A DNA stretch of 64,000 nucleotides, from assembly GCF_024700885.2 (NCBI RefSeq), contig NZ_CP117016.1; one strand, 5' to 3'. This DNA comes from Escherichia coli (GTDB taxonomy: Bacteria; Pseudomonadota; Gammaproteobacteria; Enterobacterales; Enterobacteriaceae). Shown here piece after piece: positions 45,281-57,180 of this stretch. Position 1 is the stretch's first letter. Each line of letters begins with the position of its first letter. A program made the position numbers and the translations under genes. The notes under the pieces are model-generated. The model did not search any database, was not told the DNA's origin, and saw only the letters and a program-made list of their open reading frames with translations.

Positions 45281-46573
45281 ATGAAGCAGGCATTACGAGT
45301 AGCATTTGGTTTTCTCATACTGTGGGCATCAGTTCTGCATGCTGAAGTCCGCATTGTGATCGACAGCGGTGTAGATTCCGGTCGTCCTATTGGTGTTGTT
45401 CCTTTCCAGTGGGCGGGTCCTGGTGCGGCACCTGAAGATATTGGCGGCATCGTTGCTGCTGACTTGCGTAACAGCGGTAAATTTAATCCGTTAGATCGCG
45501 CTCGTCTGCCACAGCAGCCGGGTAGTGCGCAGGAAGTACAACCAGCTGCATGGTCCGCACTGGGCATTGACGCTGTAGTTGTCGGTCAGGTCACTCCGAA
45601 TCCGGATGGTTCTTACAATGTTGCTTATCAACTTGTTGACACTGGCGGCGCACCGGGTACTGTACTTGCTCAGAACTCGTACAAAGTGAACAAGCAGTGG
45701 CTGCGTTATGCTGGTCATACCGCCAGTGATGAAGTGTTTGAAAAACTGACCGGCATTAAAGGTGCGTTCCGTACCCGTATTGCCTACGTTGTTCAGACCA
45801 ACGGCGGTCAGTTCCCGTATGAACTGCGCGTATCTGACTATGACGGTTACAACCAGTTTGTCGTTCACCGTTCACCGCAGCCGCTGATGTCTCCGGCGTG
45901 GTCACCAGACGGTTCTAAACTGGCTTATGTGACCTTCGAAAGCGGTCGTTCCGCGCTGGTCATCCAAACGCTGGCAAATGGCGCTGTACGTCAGGTGGCT
46001 TCATTCCCGCGTCACAACGGTGCACCTGCATTCTCGCCAGACGGCAGCAAACTGGCATTCGCCTTGTCGAAAACCGGTAGTCTGAACCTGTACGTAATGG
46101 ATTTGGCTTCTGGTCAGATCCGCCAGGTGACGGATGGTCGCAGTAACAATACCGAACCGACCTGGTTCCCGGACAGCCAGAACTTGGCATTTACTTCTGA
46201 CCAGGCCGGTCGTCCACAGGTTTATAAAGTGAATATCAACGGCGGTGCGGCACAACGTATTACCTGGGAAGGTTCGCAGAACCAGGATGCGGATGTCAGC
46301 AGCGACGGTAAATTTATGGTAATGGTCAGCTCCAATGGTGGGCAGCAGCACATTGCCAAACAAGATCTGGCAACGGGAGGCGTACAAGTTCTGTCGTCCA
46401 CGTTCCTGGATGAAACGCCAAGTCTGGCACCTAACGGCACTATGGTAATCTACAGCTCTTCTCAGGGGATGGGATCCGTGCTGAATTTGGTTTCTACAGA
46501 TGGGCGTTTCAAAGCGCGTCTTCCGGCAACTGATGGACAGGTCAAATTCCCTGCCTGGTCGCCGTATCTGTGA
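45281..46573 (+). CDS. tolB: Tol-Pal system periplasmic protein TolB, 430 aa
   Basis: Signal peptide [21 protein letters not shown] and beta-propeller repeats. Confidence 0.96.
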   Translation: MKQALRVAFGFLILWASVLHAEVRIVIDSGVDSGRPIGVVPFQWAGPGAAPEDIGGIVAADLRNSGKFNPLDRARLPQQPGSAQEVQPAAWSALGIDAVVVGQVTPNPDGSYNVAYQLVDTGGAPGTVLAQNSYKVNKQWLRYAGHTASDEVFEKLTGIKGAFRTRIAYVVQTNGGQFPYELRVSDYDGYNQFVVHRSPQPLMSPAWSPDGSKLAYVTFESGRSALVIQTLANGAVRQVASFPRHNGAPAFSPDGSKLAFALSKTGSLNLYVMDLASGQIRQVTDGRSNNTEPTWFPDSQNLAFTSDQAGRPQVYKVNINGGAAQRITWEGSQNQDADVSSDGKFMVMVSSNGGQQHIAKQDLATGGVQVLSSTFLDETPSLAPNGTMVIYSSSQGMGSVLNLVSTDGRFKARLPATDGQVKFPAWSPYL

Positions 46574-46583
46574 TAATAATTAA

Positions 46584-47129
<546 letters not shown>

Positions 47130-47138
47130 GAGAATTGC

Positions 47139-47930
47139 ATGAGCAGTAACTTCAGACATCAACTATTGAGTCTGTCGTTACTGGTTGGTATAGCGGCCCC
47201 CTGGGCCGCTTTTGCTCAGGCACCAATCAGTAGTGTCGGCTCAGGCTCGGTCGAAGACCGCGTCACTCAACTTGAGCGTATTTCAAATGCTCACAGCCAG
47301 CTTTTAACCCAACTCCAGCAACAACTCTCTGATAATCAATCCGATATTGATTCCCTGCGCGGTCAGATTCAGGAAAATCAGTATCAACTGAATCAGGTCG
47401 TGGAGCGGCAAAAGCAGATCCTGTTGCAGATCGACAGCCTCAGCAGCGGTGGTGCAGCGGCGCAATCAACCAGCGGTGATCAAAGCGGTGCGGCGACATC
47501 AACGACGCCGACAGCTGATGCTGGTACTGCGAATGCTGGCGCGCCGGTGAAAAGCGGCGATGCAAACACGGATTACAATGCAGCAATTGCGCTGGTGCAG
47601 GATAAATCCCGCCAGGATGACGCAATGGTGGCATTTCAGAATTTCATCAAAAATTACCCTGATTCAACTTACCTGCCAAACGCCAATTATTGGCTGGGTC
47701 AGTTAAACTACAACAAGGGTAAAAAAGATGATGCGGCGTATTATTTTGCTTCGGTAGTGAAAAACTATCCGAAGTCACCGAAGGCTGCAGATGCGATGTT
47801 TAAAGTCGGCGTCATCATGCAGGACAAAGGTGACACCGCAAAAGCGAAAGCCGTATACCAGCAGGTTATCAGTAAATACCCTGGTACTGATGGCGCTAAA
47901 CAGGCGCAAAAACGTCTGAACGCGATGTAA
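47139..47930 (+). CDS. cpoB: Cell division coordinator CpoB (YbgF), TPR protein, 263 aa
   Basis: Signal peptide, coiled-coil and TPR-like C-terminus; follows pal. Confidence 0.94.
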   Translation: MSSNFRHQLLSLSLLVGIAAPWAAFAQAPISSVGSGSVEDRVTQLERISNAHSQLLTQLQQQLSDNQSDIDSLRGQIQENQYQLNQVVERQKQILLQIDSLSSGGAAAQSTSGDQSGAATSTTPTADAGTANAGAPVKSGDANTDYNAAIALVQDKSRQDDAMVAFQNFIKNYPDSTYLPNANYWLGQLNYNKGKKDDAAYYFASVVKNYPKSPKAADAMFKVGVIMQDKGDTAKAKAVYQQVISKYPGTDGAKQAQKRLNAM

Positions 47931-48094
47931 TGCATAACACACGACCAGAAGTCGCATTATTTCTGGTCGTGTCGTGCGAATCATAAGCAGTTGAGTGATC
48001 TACATCGAAATTTTTGTTGCGCTCAAGTCTGAAATCAGTAATATATGCCGCCGTTGCCACGGGATATCAAACAAACCGAAAGCAACGAAAAAGT

Positions 48095-48170
48095 GGGTCG
48101 TTAGCTCAGTTGGTAGAGCAGTTGACTTTTAATCAATTGGTCGCAGGTTCGAATCCTGCACGACCCACCA
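48095..48170 (+). tRNA. lysT: tRNA-Lys (anticodon UUU)
   Basis: 76-nt GGGTCGTTAGCTCAGTTGGTAGAGCAGTTGACTTTTAATCAATTGGTCGCAGGTTCGAATCCTGCACGACCCACCA; anticodon loop CTTTTAA; encoded CCA. Confidence 0.97.
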
Positions 48171-48198
48171 ATCGCTAAGGTGGACGCGGTAGTAAAAC

Positions 48199-48270
48199 GT
48201 GAAGGATAACGTTGCGTCAGCAACGGCCCGAAGGGCGAGACGAAGTCGAGTCATCCTGCACGACCCACCA
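48199..48270 (+). repeat. Spacer repeat ending in a duplicated tRNA-Lys 3' end (copy 1)
   Basis: GTGAAGGATAACGTTGCGTCAGCAACGGCCCG...TCATCCTGCACGACCCACCA recurs at 48694-48763; the last 20 nt equal the tRNA-Lys acceptor/T-arm end. Confidence 0.8.
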
Positions 48271-48305
48271 CTAACCTAGTTAGTTGTAGTATCCAGCGTA
48301 GTATC

Positions 48306-48381
48306 GGGTGATTAGCTCAGCTGGGAGAGCACCTCCCTTACAAGGAGGGGGTCGGCGGTTCGATCCCGTCATCACCCACCA
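48306..48381 (+). tRNA. valT: tRNA-Val (anticodon UAC)
   Basis: 76-nt GGGTGATTAGCTCAGCTGGGAGAGCACCTCCCTTACAAGGAGGGGGTCGGCGGTTCGATCCCGTCATCACCCACCA; anticodon loop CTTACAA. Confidence 0.97.
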
Positions 48382-48383
48382 CC

Positions 48384-48459
48384 GGGTCGTTAGCTCAGTT
48401 GGTAGAGCAGTTGACTTTTAATCAATTGGTCGCAGGTTCGAATCCTGCACGACCCACCA
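48384..48459 (+). tRNA. lysW: tRNA-Lys (anticodon UUU)
   Basis: Identical 76-nt tRNA-Lys sequence. Confidence 0.97.
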
Positions 48460-48510
48460 CTAATTACGGTGGGTTCGGTGGAAGTAGTTTGTAGTATCCA
48501 GCGCAGTATC

Positions 48511-48586
48511 GGGTGATTAGCTCAGCTGGGAGAGCACCTCCCTTACAAGGAGGGGGTCGGCGGTTCGATCCCGTCATCACCCACCA
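48511..48586 (+). tRNA. valZ: tRNA-Val (anticodon UAC)
   Basis: Identical 76-nt tRNA-Val sequence. Confidence 0.97.
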
Positions 48587-48589
48587 CTC

Positions 48590-48665
48590 GGGTCGTTAGC
48601 TCAGTTGGTAGAGCAGTTGACTTTTAATCAATTGGTCGCAGGTTCGAATCCTGCACGACCCACCA
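48590..48665 (+). tRNA. lysY: tRNA-Lys (anticodon UUU)
   Basis: Identical 76-nt tRNA-Lys sequence. Confidence 0.97.
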
Positions 48666-48693
48666 ATTTTAACATCAAACTCAGATGTTAAGC

Positions 48694-48763
48694 GTGAAGG
48701 ATAACGTTGCGTCAGCAACGGCCCGTAGGGCGAGCGAAGCGAGTCATCCTGCACGACCCACCA
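48694..48763 (+). repeat. Spacer repeat ending in a duplicated tRNA-Lys 3' end (copy 2)
   Basis: Near-identical to 48199-48270. Confidence 0.8.
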
Positions 48764-48811
48764 ATTTTAAAGATTGGTTCCGAGTAGAAATCTTTCAGGT
48801 AACACCCGTAT

Positions 48812-48887
48812 GGGTCGTTAGCTCAGTTGGTAGAGCAGTTGACTTTTAATCAATTGGTCGCAGGTTCGAATCCTGCACGACCCACCA
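48812..48887 (+). tRNA. lysZ: tRNA-Lys (anticodon UUU)
   Basis: Identical 76-nt tRNA-Lys sequence. Confidence 0.97.
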
Positions 48888-48920
48888 TCCTGAATGATTA
48901 AAGCAGCATAATCCCGCAAG

Positions 48921-48996
48921 GGGTCGTTAGCTCAGTTGGTAGAGCAGTTGACTTTTAATCAATTGGTCGCAGGTTCGAATCCTGCACGACCCACCA
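48921..48996 (+). tRNA. lysQ: tRNA-Lys (anticodon UUU)
   Basis: Identical 76-nt tRNA-Lys sequence, followed by a terminator. Confidence 0.97.
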
Positions 48997-49004
48997 ATGT
49001 AAAA

Positions 49005-49027
49005 AAGCGCCCTAAAGGCGCTTTTTT
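49005..49027 (+). terminator. Rho-independent terminator of the tRNA operon
   Basis: AAGCGCCCTAAAGGCGCTT hairpin followed by TTTTT. Confidence 0.85.
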
Positions 49028-49273
49028 GCTATTCAGGCATCTCTCAATTTCAATTCTTAACCCAGATGACATACTCCGCGTTTGCTGCGTAAACAACTTT
49101 ACGTCGGAGAAATAAGACGCAAAGTGTGGCATTCGGCATCTCATACGTAATTCGAGTGACTTTTCCCCACCATTCGACTATCTTGTTTAGCATATAAAAC
49201 AAATTACACCGATAACAGCGAATATTACGCTCATGTCGGTTTTAACGTTAAGCCTGTAAAACGAGATGGTAAG

Positions 49274-50317
49274 ATGAGCGTGATGTTTGATCCAGACACG
49301 GCGATTTATCCTTTCCCCCCGAAGCCGACGCCGTTAAGCATTGATGAAAAAGCGTATTACCGCGAGAAGATAAAACGTCTGCTAAAAGAACGTAATGCGG
49401 TGATGGTTGCCCATTACTATACCGATCCCGAAATTCAACAACTGGCAGAAGAAACCGGTGGCTGTATTTCTGATTCTCTGGAAATGGCGCGCTTCGGTGC
49501 AAAGCATCCCGCTTCTACGTTGTTAGTCGCTGGGGTGAGATTTATGGGAGAAACCGCCAAAATTCTCAGTCCGGAAAAAACAATTCTGATGCCGACACTT
49601 CAGGCTGAATGTTCACTGGATCTCGGCTGCCCTGTTGAAGAATTTAACGCATTTTGCGATGCCCATCCCGATCGTACTGTCGTCGTCTACGCCAACACTT
49701 CTGCTGCGGTAAAAGCGCGCGCAGATTGGGTGGTAACTTCAAGCATTGCCGTCGAACTTATTGATCATCTGGATAGTTTGGGTGAAAAAATCATCTGGGC
49801 ACCTGACAAACATCTGGGGCGTTACGTGCAAAAACAGACGGACGCAGACATTTTATGCTGGCAGGGTGCCTGCATTGTGCATGATGAGTTTAAGACTCAG
49901 GCGTTAACCCGCTTGCAAGAAGAATACCCGGATGCTGCCATACTGGTGCATCCAGAATCACCGCAAGCTATTGTAGAGATGGCGGATGCGGTCGGTTCCA
50001 CCAGTCAACTGATCGCTGCTGCGAAAACATTGCCACATCAGCGACTTATCGTGGCAACCGATCGGGGTATTTTCTACAAAATGCAGCAGGCGGTGCCAGA
50101 TAAAGAGTTACTGGAAGCACCAACCGCGGGTGAGGGCGCAACCTGCCGCAGCTGCGCGCATTGTCCGTGGATGGCCATGAATGGCCTTCAGGCCATCGCA
50201 GAGGCATTAGAACAGGAAGGAAGCAATCACGAGGTTCATGTTGAGGAAAGGCTGCGAGAGAGGGCGCTGGTGCCGCTCAATCGTATGCTGGATTTTGCGG
50301 CTACACTACGTGGATAA
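49274..50317 (+). CDS. nadA: Quinolinate synthase A, 347 aa
   Basis: [37 protein letters not shown] matches NadA; Fe-S cysteines. Confidence 0.96.
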   Translation: MSVMFDPDTAIYPFPPKPTPLSIDEKAYYREKIKRLLKERNAVMVAHYYTDPEIQQLAEETGGCISDSLEMARFGAKHPASTLLVAGVRFMGETAKILSPEKTILMPTLQAECSLDLGCPVEEFNAFCDAHPDRTVVVYANTSAAVKARADWVVTSSIAVELIDHLDSLGEKIIWAPDKHLGRYVQKQTDADILCWQGACIVHDEFKTQALTRLQEEYPDAAILVHPESPQAIVEMADAVGSTSQLIAAAKTLPHQRLIVATDRGIFYKMQQAVPDKELLEAPTAGEGATCRSCAHCPWMAMNGLQAIAEALEQEGSNHEVHVEERLRERALVPLNRMLDFAATLRG

Positions 50318-50354
50318 CGAATAATAAGGCGTAACGTTACGCTTTGGGGGAAAG

Positions 50355-51074
50355 ATGGATTTTTTTAGTGTGCAGAATATCCTGGTACATATACCAATAG
50401 GGGCAGGCGGTTATGATCTCTCATGGATCGAAGCGGTAGGCACGATCGCCGGGTTGCTGTGTATTGGCCTTGCCAGTCTGGAGAAGATCAGCAACTACTT
50501 CTTTGGCCTGATCAACGTCACCTTGTTTGGCATTATTTTCTTTCAGATTCAGCTGTATGCCAGCCTGCTATTACAGGTGTTTTTCTTTGCCGCGAATATT
50601 TACGGTTGGTATGCGTGGTCGCGACAAACCAGTCAGAACGAGGCGGAGTTGAAAATTCGCTGGTTGCCATTGCCGAAGGCGCTAAGCTGGTTGGCGGTTT
50701 GCGTTGTTTCGATTGGTCTGATGACGGTATTTATCAATCCGGTGTTTGCATTTTTGACCCGCGTGGCAGTCATGATCATGCAAGCATTAGGATTACAGGT
50801 TGTGATGCCTGAACTGCAACCGGACGCTTTCCCGTTCTGGGATTCATGCATGATGGTGTTATCTATCGTGGCAATGATTCTGATGACGCGTAAGTATGTG
50901 GAAAACTGGCTGTTGTGGGTGATTATTAACGTGATTAGCGTCGTTATTTTTGCACTTCAGGGCGTTTACGCCATGTCTCTGGAGTACATCATCCTGACCT
51001 TTATTGCCCTCAACGGCAGCCGGATGTGGATCAACAGCGCACGCGAAAGAGGTTCACGCGCGCTGTCCCATTAA
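50355..51074 (+). CDS. pnuC: Nicotinamide riboside transporter PnuC, 239 aa
   Basis: Multi-pass membrane ORF after nadA as in K-12. Confidence 0.95.
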   Translation: MDFFSVQNILVHIPIGAGGYDLSWIEAVGTIAGLLCIGLASLEKISNYFFGLINVTLFGIIFFQIQLYASLLLQVFFFAANIYGWYAWSRQTSQNEAELKIRWLPLPKALSWLAVCVVSIGLMTVFINPVFAFLTRVAVMIMQALGLQVVMPELQPDAFPFWDSCMMVLSIVAMILMTRKYVENWLLWVIINVISVVIFALQGVYAMSLEYIILTFIALNGSRMWINSARERGSRALSH

Positions 51075-52012
51075 TGGTGATGATGTGAATGGCCAGACAC
51101 CCCTTCATTCAGGTGGCAGTCTGGCCCATGACAAGGTTGATATTCCATCTGAATGGTGGCGTGCTCAATCTGATAGTGATCCATCAGGTAGTGTTGGATC
51201 TGATCTAACAAGGCATCGTGATCGTGTGGCGGGATCACCTGCACATGCAGCGTCATCACCGGCTTCTCGCCTACCATCCATACATGTACATGGTGCACAT
51301 TGCGGACTTCCGGGATTTCCCGGCACATACGACGCTTCAGTTCGGCGATATCCAGCGATACCGGTGCACCTTCAAGTAATTCATTCACGCTATCTTTCAA
51401 CAGTCGCCACGCGCTACGCAGAACCAGAAGCGACACCAGTATTGAGAGAATGGGGTCAGCAGGTGTCCAGCCGGTCCAGATAATAATCAACGCGGCAATA
51501 ATAGCCCCAACCGAACCCAGCAGGTCCCCGAGCACATGCAGTGCCGCTGCTCGCACGTTGAGGTTTTTCTCTTCGCTGCCGTGATGAAGTAACCAGAAAG
51601 AAAGTATATTTGCCAGCAGCCCAGCCACGGCAATTGCCATCATCATGCCGCCCTCGACCGGACGCGGAGTGCGGAAGCGTTCTATCGCCTCCCAGACAAT
51701 CAAAATAGTAATCACCACCAGGGCGATGGCATTCACAAACGCCGCGAGCGTGGTCAATCTTAGCCAACCGAAAGTGTGGCGAATGGTGGGAGGACGACGG
51801 GAAAATTGCACTGCGAGTAGGGCGAAAAGCAGGGCGGCAGTATCGGTCAACATATGACCCGCATCGGCCAGCAATGCCAGAGAACCGGAAAGAAAACCAC
51901 CAATGACTTCTACGAGCATAAACCCGGCAGTCACGCCGAAAGCATACAACAAGCGACGAGCATTATTATCTTCTGGCAGGTGTGAGGAAGTGTGTGAGTG
52001 TGAGTGCGCCAT
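51071..52012 (-). CDS. zitB: Zn(II)/H+ antiporter ZitB (cation diffusion facilitator), 313 aa
   Basis: CDF family with His-rich N- and C-termini ([11 protein letters not shown]...GHSHHHH); convergent 4-nt overlap with pnuC. Confidence 0.95.
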   Translation of the reverse strand: MAHSHSHTSSHLPEDNNARRLLYAFGVTAGFMLVEVIGGFLSGSLALLADAGHMLTDTAALLFALLAVQFSRRPPTIRHTFGWLRLTTLAAFVNAIALVVITILIVWEAIERFRTPRPVEGGMMMAIAVAGLLANILSFWLLHHGSEEKNLNVRAAALHVLGDLLGSVGAIIAALIIIWTGWTPADPILSILVSLLVLRSAWRLLKDSVNELLEGAPVSLDIAELKRRMCREIPEVRNVHHVHVWMVGEKPVMTLHVQVIPPHDHDALLDQIQHYLMDHYQIEHATIQMEYQPCHGPDCHLNEGVSGHSHHHH

Positions 52013-52125
52013 GACGAGTCATCCCTTAATTATTCTCACTTAACTTTATGACATCATACTGCTTTTAGAAGGGAAAAATTAAAAGGGAGAGACTCCGCTC
52101 TCCCATTATTGGCTATTTCGCAGGG

Positions 52126-52506
52126 TTACTGCGTGGTACCGTCGGTTTTGGTATCGACATCATTGTTGATGCCATCACCGGTTTGGACTTTTTTATTGAT
52201 ATCCGGGCAGCGACCATCTTTGCACATGGTGTTCTTGTGCTCTTCATCTTTGGTCATGCCGTCGTTGTTCATTGAAGAACCATCCGGATGCAGCATTGTG
52301 CCTCCAGAACCGGTATTTACCCCGTTATTGTCGACGTTATTTGGCGCGACATTTTCACGGGCGTCAGGGGCTACCTGGCCCGCATCAGCTGCGGCGTTTG
52401 CCTGGCCGTTATTGCTTTGCGCTCCGCTATCGGCTGCCAGTGCGGCACCGCTGGCAAGGCTTAGAGTGGCAGTCAAAAATAGTGTGGCCAGTTTTGTCAT
52501 TTTCAT
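52126..52506 (-). CDS. ybgS: Secreted glycine/asparagine-rich protein YbgS, 126 aa
   Basis: Signal peptide [24 protein letters not shown] followed by a low-complexity N/G/D-rich sequence. Confidence 0.9.
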   Translation of the reverse strand: MKMTKLATLFLTATLSLASGAALAADSGAQSNNGQANAAADAGQVAPDARENVAPNNVDNNGVNTGSGGTMLHPDGSSMNNDGMTKDEEHKNTMCKDGRCPDINKKVQTGDGINNDVDTKTDGTTQ

Positions 52507-52733
52507 AGGATGCTCCTGTTATGGTCGTTATGTCGGATAACCTCTTCCAACAGTGCATTTGCAGGTGAATATAAGGCAATGGTTTAAGATTTCAGCCAGG
52601 CAAAGATACCCAGCAGAGAATCTTGAAATAATTAACAAACAAAGGAGTTACAGTTAGAAATTGTAGGAGAGATCTCGTTTTTCGCGACAATCTGGCGTTT
52701 TTCTTGCTAATTCCAGGATTAATCCGTTCATAG

Positions 52734-52751
52734 TGTAAAACCCCGTTTACA
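52734..52751. promoter_or_regulatory. TyrR box TGTAAA-N6-TTTACA upstream of aroG
   Basis: TGTAAAACCCCGTTTACA palindrome about 70 bp upstream of the aroG start; aroG is a known TyrR target. Confidence 0.7.
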
Positions 52752-52821
52752 CATTCTGACGGAAGATATAGATTGGAAGTATTGCATTCACTAAGATAAG
52801 TATGGCAACACTGGAACAGAC

Positions 52822-53874
52822 ATGAATTATCAGAACGACGATTTACGCATCAAAGAAATCAAAGAGTTACTTCCTCCTGTCGCATTGCTGGAAAAATTCC
52901 CCGCTACTGAAAATGCCGCGAATACGGTCGCCCATGCCCGAAAAGCGATCCATAAGATCCTGAAAGGTAATGATGATCGCCTGTTGGTTGTGATTGGTCC
53001 GTGCTCAATTCATGATCCTGTCGCGGCTAAAGAGTATGCCACTCGCTTGCTGACGCTGCGTGAAGAGCTGCAAGATGAGCTGGAAATCGTGATGCGCGTC
53101 TATTTTGAAAAGCCGCGTACTACGGTAGGCTGGAAAGGGCTGATTAACGATCCGCATATGGATAACAGCTTCCAGATCAACGACGGTCTGCGTATTGCCC
53201 GAAAATTGCTGCTCGATATTAACGACAGCGGTCTGCCAGCGGCGGGTGAATTCCTGGATATGATCACCCCACAATATCTCGCTGACCTGATGAGCTGGGG
53301 CGCAATTGGCGCACGTACTACGGAATCGCAGGTGCACCGCGAACTGGCGTCTGGTCTTTCTTGCCCGGTAGGCTTCAAAAATGGCACTGATGGTACGATT
53401 AAAGTGGCTATCGATGCCATTAATGCCGCCGGTGCGCCGCACTGCTTCCTGTCCGTAACGAAATGGGGGCATTCGGCGATTGTGAATACCAGCGGTAACG
53501 GCGATTGCCATATCATTCTGCGCGGCGGTAAAGAGCCTAACTACAGCGCGAAGCACGTTGCTGAAGTGAAAGAAGGGCTGAACAAAGCAGGCCTGCCAGC
53601 ACAGGTGATGATCGATTTCAGCCATGCTAATTCGTCCAAACAATTCAAAAAGCAGATGGATGTTTGTGCTGACGTTTGCCAGCAGATTGCCGGTGGCGAA
53701 AAGGCCATTATTGGCGTGATGGTGGAAAGCCATCTGGTGGAAGGCAATCAGAGCCTCGAGAGCGGGGAGCCGCTGGCCTACGGAAAGAGCATCACTGATG
53801 CCTGCATCGGCTGGGAAGATACCGATGCTCTATTACGTCAACTGGCGAATGCAGTAAAAGCGCGTCGCGGGTAA
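52822..53874 (+). CDS. aroG: DAHP synthase, Phe-sensitive, 350 aa
   Basis: MNYQNDDLRIKEIKELLPPVALLEKFPATENAANTVAHARKAIHKILKG matches AroG. Confidence 0.96.
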   Translation: MNYQNDDLRIKEIKELLPPVALLEKFPATENAANTVAHARKAIHKILKGNDDRLLVVIGPCSIHDPVAAKEYATRLLTLREELQDELEIVMRVYFEKPRTTVGWKGLINDPHMDNSFQINDGLRIARKLLLDINDSGLPAAGEFLDMITPQYLADLMSWGAIGARTTESQVHRELASGLSCPVGFKNGTDGTIKVAIDAINAAGAPHCFLSVTKWGHSAIVNTSGNGDCHIILRGGKEPNYSAKHVAEVKEGLNKAGLPAQVMIDFSHANSSKQFKKQMDVCADVCQQIAGGEKAIIGVMVESHLVEGNQSLESGEPLAYGKSITDACIGWEDTDALLRQLANAVKARRG

Positions 53875-53884
53875 GGTTTAATTG

Positions 53885-53960
53885 TCGGATGCGCCGTCAG
53901 AGTGGCGTATCCGATGAATCACCGTAGCCCTGACAAGACGCGTAGCGTCGCATCAGGCAA
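53885..53960. repeat. REP-type extragenic palindromic element(s)
   Basis: CGGATGCGCCGTC...GACGCGTAGCGTCGCATCAGGC palindromic units typical of E. coli REP/BIME downstream of aroG. Confidence 0.7.
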
Positions 53961-54039
53961 TGTGCTCCATTGTTAGCAACGACAAACAAAAAAGCCGGCT
54001 CACTTGCAGTCGGCTTTCTCATTTTTAAGCGAATGACGT

Positions 54040-54792
54040 TTACTTCGCTTTACCCTGGTTCGCAACGGCCGCTGCTTTCGCCGCGATCTCGTCAGCATTA
54101 CCCAGATAATAGCGTTTCAACGGTTTGAAATTCTCGTCGAACTCATACACCAGTGGCACACCAGTCGGGATATTCAGCTCAAGAATCTCTTCTTCGCTCA
54201 TGTTATCGAGATATTTCACCAGCGCACGTAACGAGTTACCGTGTGCGGCGATGATTACGCGCTCACCGCTCTTCATACGCGGCAGAATGGTTTCATTCCA
54301 GTAAGGGATCACGCGGTCAATGGTCAGCGCCAGGCTTTCCGTCAGTGGCAGTTCTTTCTCGCTCAGCTTCGCGTAACGTGGATCGTGACCCGGATAACGC
54401 TCATCATCTTTAGTCAGTTCCGGCGGAGTCACTGCAAAACCACGACGCCACTGTTTTACCTGCTCGTCGCCATACTTTTCAGCAGTTTCTGCTTTGTTCA
54501 GACCCTGCAACGCACCGTAGTGACGTTCGTTCAGTTTCCAGGATTTCTCAACGGGCAGCCATGCCTGATCCAGTTCGTCCAGCACATTCCACAGGGTATG
54601 AATAGCGCGTTTCAGCACAGAGGTGTAAGCAAAGTCAAAGCTGTAACCTTCCTCTTTCAGCAGCTTACCTGCTGCTTTTGCTTCGCTTACGCCTTTCTCA
54701 GACAGATCCACGTCGTACCAACCGGTGAAACGGTTTTCTTTGTTCCACTGACTTTCGCCATGACGAACCAGAACCAGCTTAGTTACAGCCAT
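54040..54792 (-). CDS. gpmA: 2,3-bisphosphoglycerate-dependent phosphoglycerate mutase, 250 aa
   Basis: [25 protein letters not shown] with the catalytic RHGE motif; start at the internal ATG to match K-12. Confidence 0.95.
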
Positions 54793-54994
54793 ATACTTAC
54801 TCCTCAAATCATCTTTTAATGATAATAATTCTCATTATATTGCCGTGACGAAGCAACAGCAATGCTTACGCATAACCATAGCGAAAATAGTGTCGCAGTG
54901 TAAGGTTGTTGTGAATATTGAGTTGCAAATATGTCGGTGTTTGCTGGTGATTTGAACAATATGAGGATAAAGCCCTCATGACGAGGGCTTAACA

Positions 54995-56035
54995 TTACTG
55001 AGCAATAAACTGATATTCCGTCAGGCTGGAATACTCTTCGCCAGGACGCAGGAAGCAGTCTGGTTGCGGCCATTCAGGGTGGTTCGGGCTGTCCGGCAGA
55101 AATTCGCTTTCCAGAGCCAGCCCTTGCCAGTCGGCGTAAGGTTCGGTTCCCCGCGACGGTGTGCCGCCGAGGAAGTTGCCGGAGTAGAATTGCAGAGCCG
55201 GAGCGGTGGTGTAGACCTTCAGCTGCAATTTTTCATCTGCTGACCAGACATGCGCCGCCACTTTCTTGCCATCGCCTTTGGCCTGTAACAAGAACGCGTG
55301 ATCGTAACCTTTCACTTTGCGCTGATCGTCGTCGGCAAGAAACTCACTGGCGATGATTTTGGCGCTGCGGAAATCAAAAGACGTTCCGGCGACAGATTTC
55401 AGGCCGTCGTGCGGAATGCCGCCTTCATCAACCGGCAGATATTCGTCCGCCAGAATCTGCAACTTGTGATTGCGCACGTCAGACTGCTCGCCGTCAAGAT
55501 TGAAATAGACGTGATTAGTCATATTCACCGGGCAAGGTTTATCAACTGTGGCGCGATAAGTAATGGAGATACGGTTATCGTCGGTCAGACGATATTGCAC
55601 CGTCGCACCGAGATTACCCGGGAAGCCCTGATCGCCATCATCTGAACTCAGGGCAAACAGTACCTGACGATCATTCTGGTTCACAATCTGCCAGCGACGT
55701 TTGTCGAACCCTTCCGGGCCGCCGTGCAGCTGGTTAACGCCCTGACTTGGCGAAAGCGTCACGGTTTCACCGTCAAAGGTATAACGGCTATTGGCGATGC
55801 GGTTGGCATAACGACCAATAGAGGCCCCCAGAAACGCGGCCTGATCCTGATAGCATTCCGGGCTGGCACAGCCGAGCAGCGCCTCGCGGACGCTGCCATC
55901 GGAAAGCGGAATACGGGCTGAAAGTAAAGTCGCACCCCAGTCCATCAGCGTGACTACCATCCCTGCGTTGTTACGCAAAGTTAACAGTCGGTACGGCTGA
56001 CCATCGGGTGCCAGTGCGGGAGTTTCGTTCAGCAC
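54995..56035 (-). CDS. galM: Aldose 1-epimerase (galactose mutarotase), 346 aa
   Basis: Last gene of the gal operon; length matches GalM. Confidence 0.95.
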   Translation of the reverse strand: MLNETPALAPDGQPYRLLTLRNNAGMVVTLMDWGATLLSARIPLSDGSVREALLGCASPECYQDQAAFLGASIGRYANRIANSRYTFDGETVTLSPSQGVNQLHGGPEGFDKRRWQIVNQNDRQVLFALSSDDGDQGFPGNLGATVQYRLTDDNRISITYRATVDKPCPVNMTNHVYFNLDGEQSDVRNHKLQILADEYLPVDEGGIPHDGLKSVAGTSFDFRSAKIIASEFLADDDQRKVKGYDHAFLLQAKGDGKKVAAHVWSADEKLQLKVYTTAPALQFYSGNFLGGTPSRGTEPYADWQGLALESEFLPDSPNHPEWPQPDCFLRPGEEYSSLTEYQFIAQ

Positions 56036-57177
56036 TGTCCTGCTCCTTGTGATGGTTTACAAACGTAAAAAGTCTCTTTAATACCTGTTTTTGCTTCATA
56101 TTGTTCAGCGACAGCTTGCTGTACTGCAGGCACCAGCTCTTCCGGGATCAGCGCGACGATACAGCCGCCAAATCCGCCGCCGGTCATGCGTACGCCACCT
56201 TTGTCGCCAATCACAGCTTTGACGATTTCTACCAGAGTGTCAATTTGCGACACGGTGATTTCGAAATCATCGCGCATAGAGGCATGAGACTCCGCCATCA
56301 ACTCGCCCATACGTTTCAGGTCGCCTTGCTCCAGCGCGTTGGCAGCTTCAACGGTGCGGGCGTTTTCAGTCAGGATATGACGCACGCGTTTCGCCACGAT
56401 TGGGTCCAGTTCATGCGCAACAGCGTTGAACTCTTCAATGGTGACATCGCGCAGGGCTGGCTGCTGGAAGAAACGCGCACCGGTTTCGCACTGTTCACGA
56501 CGGGTGTTGTATTCGCTGCCAACCAGGGTACGTTTGAAGTTACTGTTGATGATGACGACAGCCACACCTTTGGGCATGGAAACTGCTTTGGTCCCCAGTG
56601 AGCGGCAGTCAATCAGCAAGGCATGATCTTTCTTGCCGAGTGCGGAAATTAGCTGATCCATGATCCCGCAGTTACAGCCAACAAACTGGTTTTCTGCTTC
56701 CTGACCGTTAAGCGCGATTTGTGCGCCGTCCAGCGGCAGATGATAAAGCTGCTGCAATACGGTTCCGACCGCGACTTCCAGTGAAGCGGAAGAACTTAAC
56801 CCAGCACCCTGCGGCACATTGCCGCTGATCACCATGTCCACACCGCCGAAGCTGTTGTTACGCAGTTGCAGATGTTTCACCACGCCACGAACGTAGTTCG
56901 CCCATTGATAGTTTTCATGCGCGACAATGGGCGCATCGAGGGAAAACTCGTCGAGCTGATTTTCATAATCGGCTGCCATTACGCGAACTTTACGGTCATC
57001 GCGTGGCGCACAGCTGATCACGGTTTGATAATCAATCGCGCAGGGCAGAACGAAACCGTCGTTGTAGTCGGTGTGTTCACCAATCAAATTCACGCGGCCA
57101 GGCGCCTGAATGGTGTGAGTGGCAGGGTAGCCAAATGCGTTGGCAAACAGAGATTGTGTTTTTTCTTTCAGACTCAT
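56029..57177 (-). CDS. galK: Galactokinase, 382 aa
   Basis: GHMP kinase motifs ([15 protein letters not shown]); operon position. Confidence 0.96.
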   Translation of the reverse strand: MSLKEKTQSLFANAFGYPATHTIQAPGRVNLIGEHTDYNDGFVLPCAIDYQTVISCAPRDDRKVRVMAADYENQLDEFSLDAPIVAHENYQWANYVRGVVKHLQLRNNSFGGVDMVISGNVPQGAGLSSSASLEVAVGTVLQQLYHLPLDGAQIALNGQEAENQFVGCNCGIMDQLISALGKKDHALLIDCRSLGTKAVSMPKGVAVVIINSNFKRTLVGSEYNTRREQCETGARFFQQPALRDVTIEEFNAVAHELDPIVAKRVRHILTENARTVEAANALEQGDLKRMGELMAESHASMRDDFEITVSQIDTLVEIVKAVIGDKGGVRMTGGGFGGCIVALIPEELVPAVQQAVAEQYEAKTGIKETFYVCKPSQGAGQC

Positions 57178-57180
57178 TTC

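Noticed and set aside
47941-47975. Hairpin ACGACCAGAA...TTCTGGTCGT after cpoB as a terminator
   Set aside because: Stem is clear but it is not followed by a U-run, so it is not called as an intrinsic terminator; it may be a weak or Rho-dependent stop.
48095-48996. Possible CRISPR array suggested by regularly repeated about 76-nt units
   Set aside because: The repeats are tRNA genes with cloverleaf structure and anticodons; spacers are not unique protospacer-like sequences and no cas genes are present.
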